64,000 nucleotides of DNA from Octopus sinensis (taxonomy: Eukaryota), in NCBI RefSeq assembly GCF_006345805.1, contig NC_043004.1, forward strand, positions 71,734,001-71,798,000, read 5' to 3'. Of this stretch, positions 52,741 to 64,000 are shown in pieces (position 1 is the stretch's first letter; each line of letters starts with the position of its first letter). A program made the position numbers and the translations under genes. The notes below the pieces were generated by a model. It was not told the DNA's origin. It ran no database searches and saw only the letters and a program-made list of their open reading frames with translations.

Positions 52741-54322
52741 ACCCACACCCACATACACACACAAACACGCATATATATATATATATATATATATATGTAT
52801 TGTGTGTGTATTTGTTTGTTTGAGCGTGTGTCTATGTATGTGTGTATGATAGTTTATATGGAAATTATAAACAGTTTGTCGAAAACTGAAATGATCATAA
52901 TTTCAGAGCAATAAAATCTCCATCTATTCTCTTACTGGTTCCAACCATTTACTCGTTGTAAATAATTAGTAGGAGTAAAGCATATTTTATAATCATATGT
53001 TGGTTTTCATACGTGAAGTTGGTTGATTAATACTGTCTCAAATATGTGGGCGGTGAGTGATGAAATCGATAGAGTGGCGAACAAATTACATTGCGATATT
53101 TAGTTACCGTTACATACATTTCAGAAAGCCAAACCCACCAATTTCCTCTTAATGCCTTATCCACTAGGAGTCGATAAATGAATTACTAACAAAATACTGA
53201 GGTCATTTTAAAGAATTCTATCTTTTATTTCAAGACGTGGCTTTGTGTCCACGTTAGAAATGAATACTGGGCCAAATATTTCCTCCTAAATCGTCAAAGA
53301 ATATCATTCACATAAAACAAAGCGCACAATGCCCGGAGTTGTGTTTGTCTACTTCATTAAATAATATACCACTAATTCCAATGAATTACTGAACTAGTTA
53401 TGATTATAGGACATTTCCTGGAGTATATGCTTTATATTGACGAACAGAATATGTATCTTTCTGTTGTTCAGTTCACATTATTCTTTAGTATAAAAGAGAC
53501 GTGTCACTCATAGCATGCACTATGGTTTTAGTTTTTCATCACCTTCACAGTATAGATACATTCGTCACTAAACCTTAATATTTTACGCACAAGCATAATC
53601 CATACCTAACACTAGTTCTACACTGCTTCCCTAAACAACAACCAAGTAAACATCACTAAGATATTAAGACTATATTTATCAAGTATTGAACCCAAACACT
53701 ACCCTAACAGCATATAGGTAAGCAACGAAATTTCGACTCACAGCTATCTCTTTTTCATCTTCGATGACTTCACGGTATTTACTAACATTGAGTGATGATA
53801 TAATTGTGCGTATTTTATACGTTTTGTGCAGATCCATAAATTATTATACATCACGCTTTACTCTATGAATCATATGGTACTTTGTACATACGCACACATA
53901 CACACATACATGCAAAACTCTTATCCACTGATGTGGTGTTGAGCACTCATTCTCATTGTTCGATATTAACTTATTTTGTATTTAATTTTATCCTTTAATC
54001 TCGGTTTCGTCCATTTAAACATTTTCAACTAAGTGTAAAATAAGAAAAACAATTAAGTTGGAGAAAACAAATTAAGTGAAATGTTTTGTAGATATTTCCA
54101 CAGTCTTTAAATAGCTAAATATTTCCAAAGTCTTCAGATAGTCTGCCCCAGTTTCTGTTCCTTTCTGCAATATAATTGTTTTTTCTTATTTTACTCTTAG
54201 TTAACAAATTCTAAAAGAAGGAAACTGTACTAAAATGTATTTCGTGATAAAATCATTTTAGCATTTTCTACATTGTCTTATTTTCCTCACGCATATCAAC
54301 CCGTATTTTACGTTTCTACATT

Positions 54323-54384
<62 letters not shown>

Positions 54385-54904
54385 TTAATTTTATTTATTA
54401 GGGAATAAAAATTCCGGCATAATAGGTGTTCAAATTATTCTCAATGAAGAAATATATATCTTCATTTATAGATAGTAGGCTCATTCATCTCACCATATAT
54501 AAAATAATTTTTATTTTAAATACTTACTATTTTATAACTTGGCTACACGTGTTTCATGAGGTACATTTCCTGGTTCCTAAGCCACTCCGTGTTTTGCTGG
54601 AACCCTTCTTAAAATGTAACCCCAATCATCAGGCCCTTATATCACTTTGTCATCGTTTAATACTATAAACTATATGTAATTTTTTAAAATCCATAAGTAT
54701 GTGTAAAATAGGTACGTGTAAATCAGGCTCGCTGGACCCTACAGTACAAGCCATAAGTCAGATAAAAATTCAAATAAAAAATTACAAAAAGAAAAGCAAA
54801 TAAAATAAGAAATGAAAATGCGAACACAATACGAAGGGTTTACAAAATCTATGTTAGTAATATATAGGGTTAAAAATAAAATATAGACTTTTGATAAAAT
54901 GATA

Positions 54905-55055
54905 TAAAATGAAAGGAATGGCAAAAAAAGTATATACGACTAAAAATAAAAGGAATGGCAAGAAAATATATACAAATAAAAGGAATGGCAAGAAAAATAT
55001 ATACGAATAAAAATAAAAGGGATGGCAGGAAAAATGTATACGAATAAAAATAAAT
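54905..55055. repeat. Minisatellite, ~4 copies of a 30-40 bp unit AAATAAAAGGAATGGCAAGAAAATATATAC(GAATAA)
   Basis: Directly visible; lies in a right-arm-specific interval. Confidence 0.85.
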
Positions 55056-55793
55056 ACTACTAAACATGGAGGCAATGACAAATAAAGATTTTCGAATAAA
55101 AGCTATTGTACTAATTACGAACTGTAAAATTTACAAATGATACGAATGAGAACTTTTAAAAATTTACAAAATAAAAATAACTTGATGGTATCGTAAAGGA
55201 AAATATACAATTCACCGACGGCACCATTATCCTACAAGGTGTTAATTATGGCTTGACATTGCAAAGTCCAGCGAAGTACTCACAACCCACATTCCTGCTC
55301 CTTCTAAATTATTATTTAATTATCATATTTCTAAATAGTGGTCTACGCAACTACAAAAATGCATCATGGGAACATTACTTTTTTTCTTCGTATTATTCCG
55401 TATTATTCCGCATTTTAATCACTCACTACAATTCATCCTCACATCTAATGGTAAGTTATTACATTCATATTAAATAATAATAGTATTAACAATACTTTCT
55501 CTAAAATTTAGAGTTAGGCGCTATTAATTAGGCATTTCAGTCTATGTTTACATTTAATTTTTTGTTCCTCCTGGCATTAAGAAGCTCCGGTTTACTCATT
55601 AACATCTCTTCTATGAATTCATGGGTACATAATAGACATGACCTATTTCCAATTCTATAAGATTTAGCTTTACATATTATCTCCCATTTTAATTTATAAT
55701 TAAGATATTTTATTTAAAATCTTCATGAAAGTTTGCACCAAAAGCTGGTCTGTTCCTTTACATTTAAAGTTTTATTATTCATTATTCATGCAG

Positions 55794-55885
55794 AAAGAAA
55801 CAGGGTGAAAATATATGACATGACCAGATACTCGTTTAAATTAAGTACCCTTTATACATTTTGGGATGATTGGCCTGTCGACAAG
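55794..55885 (+). CDS. Exon 2 of the PAN-domain gene, right copy ((E)RNRVKIYDMTRYSFKLSTLYTFWDDWPVDK)
   Basis: Acceptor ttattcatgcag, donor GTGATA; 92 bp and open; lies downstream of the premature stop. Confidence 0.7.
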
Positions 55886-57733
55886 GTGATAATTTTTCAA
55901 AATTTCCAAATTATTTTCATTTCGTAAAGCAGTCAACTTAACAGTCATCTCGCTATGTATTGAAGAATGTAACTTTTATGTGTTGTTCATGTCGTTACTG
56001 CAATGGCGTGTGTAATTTCGTTTCTTCACTTTGTTCAGTTCGTTGCTGTTTAAATCCTGTTGGCAAACATGCTTCGGTTTTAATACGTGTCTTATTTTCT
56101 TTTATATCTTTCTATGACAATTGCTTGCATAGTGATCTAAATGCACACACACATACACAGACAGGTAGGCTCAAAACACACACACACTCATACGCACACA
56201 AGCACAGACACATACCCATATATTCGAGCATACACACACATCCACAAGCATTCTTGTTTTGTTAGACATAAATGCGTACTTAGAAAGAAGTTCAAGTTGC
56301 GAGGAAACAACCAAATCTAGAAAAAAAAACAGAAATTAACTTTCTACTGGGTTCTGTTTCCTGAGAAACAATATCTTGGAAAAACTATACGATTAGAACA
56401 TCTTCCAACCTTTGTCATCTACCAGGGAGAATATTTAGGGTAAAAGGAAAAATACAACAGTAGATGAGAGGCCAAATCGTTCGACCTGTAGAGTTTTGCT
56501 TTTGAATATTTGTGTTCAAATACCGTCGGTGTCAAACTTGTCTTTCCTTCTTTCAAAATTGATGAAATAGAGTACCAGTCTAGTACTGGAGTCGATGGAA
56601 TCGACTACCCCCACACGAGGCTAGTGAATTTGCAAAATCGAAAGAGCGTCGGACAAAATGATTTGTGGCATTTCGTACGGTTCTCTACCGTACTGCACAC
56701 ACTCGTGTATCGTCTGCAATCGACGCTACTGTAATTGGAAATGGTTTTATCAAATTCGAAAGGATGAATCAGTAAATTGACTTCGCTAGGGTTGAGATTC
56801 TAAAGCTAGAGAACCGTATGAAATGTTATAATATATTTTCTCTGACTGTCTTCATCTTTTCTCAGATATTATTATGACGACGTTCGTGTGTGCGAAAGAT
56901 TGTAGGATTAGTATTACCCAAATAAATATTCGTATATAGTTATCTACAATGAACTTTCGCAGAATTAATTTGTTCACCCAGAATGTATTCTGTACCACAC
57001 CAAACGTCGATACGATAATATACTAATAGCGTAATACAAGACTAACGATCAACGCTGAGGATTGCCCGACATCGACTGCCGACAGTCAATTGTTGACAGT
57101 TCACACAGTTTCTTTATTTCATTGAAAAACACCAAATCACTTTTGGTCACGTGGGGATGGTCATGATGCTTCTCCAACAGTATACATGAATCTATGTATC
57201 GATGGTTTATGCATATTATAGAAAGGATCCATATCTTCTCCGTACTGTGTTTCCACCTTATTACAGTAATGGGGATAAAACCACTGCTAATCAGGGATTG
57301 AAAATAATAATTTCCAGAAATATATTTTCATATCCATTCACTATTATTCTGTGAATCGTGGTTCAAAGAATAAAAACAAAGAATCTGTCCTACAGACACA
57401 CTTGAATTTACACAATTTAAGTCAAACGTTAGTAATTTATTGTCCATTTCCACCTCTTATACATTGAAGAAAAATGCACGCATATCTTTTTCCAGAATCT
57501 TCTCTCTCTTAAGGCTTCCACTAAATATTTCTCTTGTCCTTACTCTCATACAATAGTCTTTCTCCATTTCCTCATTGTCACTCTCCACCTCTCACTTGCC
57601 GTCTGATGACCAGTCCATCTGTACCCATACTTTTCTCTCCATCTGCCTCACTCCCCCTCCCTTTCTCAACCTCTCTCATTTTCGCCTTTCTTGTCAAATT
57701 TCTATTTGATTTCAATCAACATTTTATTTGCAG

Positions 57734-57885
57734 GTAAAGCTCATCTTGAGAAAAAATAATACTGAAATACTCTCATTAACTTTCAATGCAAAAAATATAA
57801 GTAACAAGAAATGGTTCAGTTCCATTCGGCTTCTTTCGACACCGTGGTTAGGAAATGTAACAGCAACCTACAAGTTGTTTGGTAG
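57734..57885 (+). CDS. Exon 3 of the PAN-domain gene, right copy (VKLILRKNNTEILSLTFNAKNISNKKWFSSIRLLSTPWLGNVTATYKLFG+AG)
   Basis: Acceptor atttgcag, donor GTATAT; 152 bp and open. Confidence 0.7.
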
Positions 57886-58202
57886 GTATATATAAACATT
57901 CTATTTATTTGCACTATAGATATTCGTTGCTGGTAACTATGAATTCTCGTCTAGGCAGTTGCAAGTTTTGGAAGAAGGTTACAGTCGACTATAATACATC
58001 GATCTCAGTAATCAACTAGTATTATTTTATGGACAATGATATCAGGCATTTTCTTTATCACATGACATTATAAATGAACAATCTGGTGTATTTATTTCAA
58101 TGCCCTACCAATGTATATAGTATGTTTCTCTGCCGTATGTGTTAAGGAGGCAAGTAATGAAAACAAGATTGACAGAAAAAGGCAAATGAAATGATGATGA
58201 TA

Positions 58203-58246
<44 letters not shown>

Positions 58247-58247
<1 letters not shown>

Positions 58248-60192
58248 GCACCAACCCTTATAAAATTGATAGGGCACTCTATGAATAAATGGCAAACAGT
58301 GCTACAGCTCCAAACAAAAGAGGGACTCATGAAAACCAAAGACATTCCCATTAGAAGAAGAATATTCCAGGGAGACACGCTCTCTCCACTCCTTTTCTGC
58401 TTGGCATTGTCACCTCTATCTGATATGCTAAATAGAACTGGATGCGGATATAAATGTTACGGCAAAACGATCAGCCACCTTCTATATATGGATGACCTAA
58501 AACTATACGCTGCAAATGACAAACAGCTGGAAACACTATTAAAGACAGTTCATGGATTTACCAAAGAAATAGATATGAAAGTTGGATTAGAAAAATGCGC
58601 CAAAGTAACCCTGAAAAGAGGAAAACTAGTTAAGAGTAGCAACATCACACTAGATAAAACCAATGGAATAAAAGAATTAGACCAAAGCCAAACTTACAAA
58701 TACTTAGGAATCCATGAACTAGATAAGACACAACACACACAAATGAAAGAGAAAATAAAAAAAGAATATTATAGACGAGTTAGATCAATACTAAAAACAG
58801 AGCTCAATGCTAAAAACAAGATAATAGGCATTAACACTTTAGCTGTCCCAGTTATAAGTTACAGCTACAATATCCTTAACTGGACACTAAATGAACTGAC
58901 TAAAATAGATAGGAAAACAAGAAAAATAATGACAGGATCTAGGATGCATCACCCAAAATCTGACATAGAAAGACTATATATACAACGTATAGAAGGTGGT
59001 AGAGGCCTTATACAACTGGAAAACTACTATAAAATAACCACCATAGGACTGCAAAAATATCTACTTCAGAAGGAAGGAAAACTGATAAAATAGCGGCAAA
59101 ACACGAGCAAAACAAAAAACTGTTCTCAGTATTTAAGGAAGCTGACAAATACAAACAAGAAATCATACCACCTAATAAATATGAAGAAGAAGAAGAAGAA
59201 GAAGAAGAAGAAGAAGAAGAAGAAGAAGAAGAAGAAGAAGAAGAAGAAGAAGAAGAAGAAGAAGAAGAAGAAGAAACAACAAAAGCTATAAAACAAATGA
59301 AATCCAAACTAAAAACAGAACAGCAACGGACCATGATAAAACGATGGCAAGAAAATCCCCTTCATGGTAAATACTGGACTAAACTAAACGCAAAAGAAAT
59401 AGACACAGAAAAATCCCAGCAATGGTTGAGAAGCTCAGGAATCAAAGCAGAAACAGAGAGATTTTTAATTGCAGCACAAAACCAGAGCCTCCCCATCAGA
59501 AATTACTAAAAACATGTAATGAAAAGAAATATAACAAGTAACTGCAGAATATGTGGAGATGGACAATAAAACAATAAATCATATTATCTCTGGCTGCCCA
59601 GAGTTGGAACCTACATACAGAGTTGGAACCTACATACACTGGAAGCTATGCCAACATTATGGAATAACAACACAAAAAAGATGGTATAGGCACACACCAG
59701 AAAAGGTCACGGAAAACGAGAAAGCAACCATACTCTGGGATATGCCGATACACAAAGATAGAGAAATTAAGGCCAACAGACCAGATATAGTTGTCAGAGA
59801 TCATGAAGAAAAAAATGCTTTCTAATTGATGTATCAATACCGGCAGATGACAACGTGTCTCTAAAAGAAATGGAGAAACTTTCAAAATACAAAGACCTGG
59901 AAATAGAGGTAACCAGAATGTGGAATCTAAAAACAGAAATAATTCCTATCATAGTAGGTGCATTAGGCATGATAAAAAATATTCAGACAAATACATAACA
60001 AAAACACCAGGACTTACGAACACATATAACATACAGAAAATTGCACTACTAGGCACTGCACACATCCTACGCAGAACACTTTCCATACAATAACCATCAG
60101 AGCATCACAACAAATCACAGCATATACCTAAGGCACACAGAGCTGCGCTCGGTAGTGAAGTGAAAGCACGCAATAAAAATAAAACTACTGAA
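58247..60192 (+). mobile_element. 5'-truncated Dong element, same family as 40991-43709
   Basis: ORF 58191-59093 is near-identical to the RT at 41820-42660; expanded (GAA)n at 59183-59274; same 3' end AAAATAAAACTACTGAA + (TAA)n. Confidence 0.92.
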
Positions 60193-60194
60193 TG

Positions 60195-60304
<110 letters not shown>

Positions 60305-60305
60305 G

Positions 60306-62400
60306 TTATGTATTTGTCTGAATATTTTTTTATCATGCCTAATGCACCTACTATGATAGGAATTGTTTCTGTCTATCAAACGCCTTTTTGTAGTCGATCC
60401 AGGCCATACTGAGGCCTTTCTTCTTTCTGTGGCTGTCTTCAGTTATGGCTTTATTAATCATTAGTTGATCTTTACAGCCATATGAGCCTTTGCGGCATCC
60501 TTTCTGCTCTTCTGGGAACAGTTTGTTTTCGTCTATGTGCTTGTTCAACCTTTGCGATATCACTGCAGTAAATGCCTTGAACATTGTAGGGAGGCAGGTT
60601 ATTGGTCTGTAGTTTTCTGGTTTTGCTATCTCATTTGATTTGGGAATTAAGATGGTTTTCCCCTTCGTGAGCCATACAGGCATTGTCTCTGGCTCTGCTA
60701 GTATGTTGTTAAAGTTTTCAGCCAGCTTTTTGTGCATTCCTGTTAGATAGTTCAACCAGAAGTTGGGGGTCTTGTCATGCCCAGGTGCCTTCCAGTTGCT
60801 TAGTTTTTGCAGTGCCTGGGTGACCTCTTCAGTTGTTATGGGGGTCCAAAGTTGTTCAGATGCCGAGTTTGTTATTTGATACTCTTTTTTTTTGGTTGTT
60901 CGTTCGCCGACCATATTTCTCTCCAGAATTCTTCCACTTCTTCTGCCGTTGGTGCTGCAGTGATTTCTATTTTATTTTTGCCAAGTTCTTGGTAGAACAT
61001 TTTATGGTTGGAGTTGAACTTTTTGTTCTGTTCAAAGAAGCGCTGGCGTTTCTCGTACCGGCGGATCCTTTGTGCTTTGGCAAGGATATCTTGCTTCAGC
61101 TTTTCTTTTATCTCAGGTAAATCTTTTTCTGTGATGTTATATTTGCGGAGTATTTTTGTTTTCTTTTTGTTGCTCAGTAGCGTTGATTGTCTGCTGATCT
61201 CATTAAGAATCGACAGATCTTTTCTCATTTTTTGTATTTTGTTTTGGATGTTATTTATCCACAGGGTTTGTTTGGGTGGTGGTACTCCTGTTTGGATGGG
61301 TTTGAGTGAGTATCCAGCTTCTTTTGTGGCTGCAGTGGCTGCTGCGTATACTAAGTCATTTAGCTCAGTGATATCGCTTTTTGTTTCAGTGGCTATTAGT
61401 TCCGTGACGGCTAGGTTTATGCTGTTTATAATTGGTGTTGTTGTTTCGTCTATTTTGATTCTTGGGAGGTATGGTCGGTGGTCCTTTTTGAGCTTTGTGG
61501 TTTTCAATTCTTTGATTATTTTACTTTTTATATTATCATAATCATTAGGCTCCCCTTCGTTGTTTACATCGTGTTTGTTGGGAATGTTACGTTTGTCTTG
61601 GTGTTTTACAGTTTCAGTGTTTATATTATTGGGCATTGTTGTGTGGCTTCTATCTACATTTTCCTGGTGTATTTTTTCTTTTAAATGTTCTATTTCTATT
61701 TCTGATATTTTTTTGCGTTGAGAATGTATCTTCGTACGTTAGCTAATTTATTAGGGTTCATTGCTGTATCCAAGTCTATATTTATGTTATTTTCCTTCCA
61801 TATTTTATATGTATGTGTTGTGTTTTCATTTTTTGGGTAGAGCACTGCTGTGAAGTATGCGTGCAAGATAGAAATGTATTCCTCACGTGTCCATTTATGT
61901 CTTTTGGGTTTTATTTGCGGGACATGAGGAACAGCGTCCGGCCCATTATTTTGACGGTCGTCATTTTCGTAGGGTACCCGTCCGCGTTCATTTCTGTTGT
62001 CACACTGTTTTGCACGTGTAGTTTTTCGTACATTTTGTGTTGTAAGTTTAAAGTACGTACCGCTCGATTGTTATTCTTGGGTTGAATAATATCGGTGGCA
62101 TTTAATTTCTTCGTAGTTCCTTTGTACATGGTGTTTGGGGTCGTGGATGATCTGGTGTTGATGGATCGTAATGTTTCACGCATGTTTACATGTGTTCTGT
62201 TAGAGGTGGAGATGATATCGAGTCAAAATACATCATTTCATTTCGAAAATAGTAATAAATTTCAATTAGTATTACTTACTCGGATACAGTCCAATCCTTT
62301 GTTAGTAAAACTTTGGGTCCATAGGATGTCCTTGTTTTCGATGTTTGTGGATAGATTTCGGAGCTCTGAATGTTCCTTCTTACATCTTAAACGTCATCCG
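60306..62400 (-). mobile_element. Dong element retaining its 5' end, with the RT-RLE interior deleted
   Basis: Minus strand: PKRHKWTREEYISILHAYF (N-terminal motif, ~61920-61860), ORF 60872-61636, ORF 60351-60914 to WIDYKKAFD, then a jump to TETIPIIVGALGMIKKYSDKYIT + (TAA)n. Confidence 0.88.
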
Positions 62401-62404
62401 GTGT

Positions 62405-62405
62405 A

Positions 62406-62458
<53 letters not shown>

Positions 62459-62592
62459 CATCATCATTATTATTATTATCATTATTATTATTGTTATTAT
62501 TATTATTATTATTATTATAAGTATTATTATTATTATTATTTTTATTATAATAATTATTTTTATTATTATCAATATTATTATTATTGTTGTTG

Positions 62593-62626
<34 letters not shown>

Positions 62627-62680
62627 CATCATTATTATTATTATTATTGTTGTTGTTATTATTATTATTATTATTATAAT

Positions 62681-62711
<31 letters not shown>

Positions 62712-62751
62712 ATCATTTTTATTATTATCAATATTATTATTATTATTGTTG

Positions 62752-62791
<40 letters not shown>

Positions 62792-62857
62792 CATTATTAT
62801 TATTATTATTATTATTTTTGCTGTTATTATTATTATTATTATTATTATAATTATTAT

Positions 62858-62888
<31 letters not shown>

Positions 62889-62928
62889 ATTATTTTTATT
62901 ATTATCAATATTATTATTATTATTGTTG

Positions 62929-62990
<62 letters not shown>
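62405..62990. repeat. (TAT)n-based microsatellite with three higher-order copies of a variant block
   Basis: The block TTTT..ATAATAATTATTTTTATTATTATCAATATT..TGTTGTTGTT recurs three times (seen as YFYYNN.FYYYQYYYY.CCC in ORF 62345-63064). Confidence 0.9.
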
Positions 62991-63212
62991 GCGTGCTTTC
63001 ACTTCACTACCGAGCGCAGCTCTGTGTGCCTTGGGTTAGTGCTGTGATTTGTTTGATGCCCTGATGGTTACTGTTTTGCGTAGGATGTGTGCAGTGCCCA
63101 GTAGTGCAATTTTCTGTATGTTATAAGTGTTTGTAAGTCCTGGTGTTTTTGTTATGTCTAAATATTTTTTCATCATGCTTAATGCGCCTACTATGATAGG
63201 AATTCCTTCTCT
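62990..63212 (-). mobile_element. Dong 3'-terminal fragment
   Basis: IPIIVGALSMMKKYLDITKTPGLTNTYNIQKIALLGTAHILRK plus a 3' UTR matching 43610-43690. Confidence 0.85.
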
Positions 63213-63255
63213 TTTTTTATTATGATCATTGTTAATATTATTCTTATTATTTTTA

Positions 63256-63286
<31 letters not shown>

Positions 63287-63299
63287 TATTATTATTATT

Positions 63300-63843
63300 G
63301 AGTGAGAGAACAGTGCATGCCATCAAAGTGACATGGGGTAAAGTATACGAAGCCTAGTATACCCATCATGACTACCCGTCTGATAAGGGTGCCCCAGGCA
63401 CATGCATCACAACCATATGTGCGCGACATGGTGATCTCATACCAAGATAAACAGCGCATGACCTTGTAGGTAGGTCCCAGTTAAGATTTTCTTCAGGACG
63501 AGTAGCCCATCCCACTCAAAATGTCCCTGAACAAGGTTTGTTTAAGGAGGTTGACTGAAACACTCATGTTTCCAAAGGTGAATTATCCAAACCCCAAAGA
63601 ATTCCTTTCAACACATGCCTATGATGCTCCCCTACTATTTCTGCTCGTGACCACAGATGCACATATCGTCAGCCACTAAGGGACATGGTCAACTGGTTAA
63701 GGTCAAACAACTGACAAGCAAATCTGTGGTATTGAGCAGAATATTTGCTATAGCCCATCTTTTATACCAAACAATGTACATAACATTTCCACTCAGCCAA
63801 GATTAGAAACCATGACAGCCACTGCCCGGTATTGCATCAGAAC
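63300..63843 (-). mobile_element. ~545 bp non-coding SINE-like element in (TAA)n (same family as 5745-6300)
   Basis: Colinear similarity to 5745-6300; microsatellite on both sides. Confidence 0.75.
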
Positions 63844-63930
63844 ATTATTACCATCATCATCATTATTATTATTATTATCATCATCATCTTCATTATTATT
63901 ATTATTACTATTATTATTATTTATTATTAT

Positions 63931-63990
<60 letters not shown>

Positions 63991-64000
63991 AACTACTACT

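Larger units (their letters stand above)
35860..58049. repeat. Right arm of the ~49 kb inverted segmental duplication
   Basis: Reverse complement of 8665-31960, with arm-specific insertions (Dong 40991-43709, mariner 46586-47609, BovB-like 51011-51395). Confidence 0.95.

Overview
AT-rich, microsatellite- and transposon-dense animal genomic DNA, most likely a cephalopod such as Octopus (inferred from the SINE families, repeat spectrum and protein type; not proven). The window is dominated by one ~49 kb imperfect inverted duplication: left arm ~8665-31960, right arm ~35860-58049, spacer ~3.9 kb. Each arm carries a copy of the only host gene I can support, a spliced gene for a secreted protein (signal peptide, PAN/Apple-like Cys module, then a Trp-rich domain I recall from uncharacterised mollusc proteins). 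The two copies point outwards. The left copy is open over three exons; the right copy has a TAG stop and has lost one PAN Cys. The arms differ by roughly 3-15% by eye and carry arm-specific insertions, yet contain near-identical patches, one ending exactly at a truncated mariner, which suggests arm-to-arm templated repair or gene conversion. Both outer flanks are stacks of R4/Dong-type non-LTR retrotransposons and a ~550 bp non-coding element in (TAA)n microsatellites. Other elements: Penelope-like elements, a Helitron, Tc1, mariner, a BovB-like RTE fragment, a CR1-like fragment and three tRNA-headed SINE families. A 473-bp-period direct-repeat element contains a near-canonical type I hammerhead ribozyme (retrozyme-like). 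Most short ORFs in the track are microsatellite or antisense artefacts. All alignments were done by eye, so repeat boundaries are approximate.
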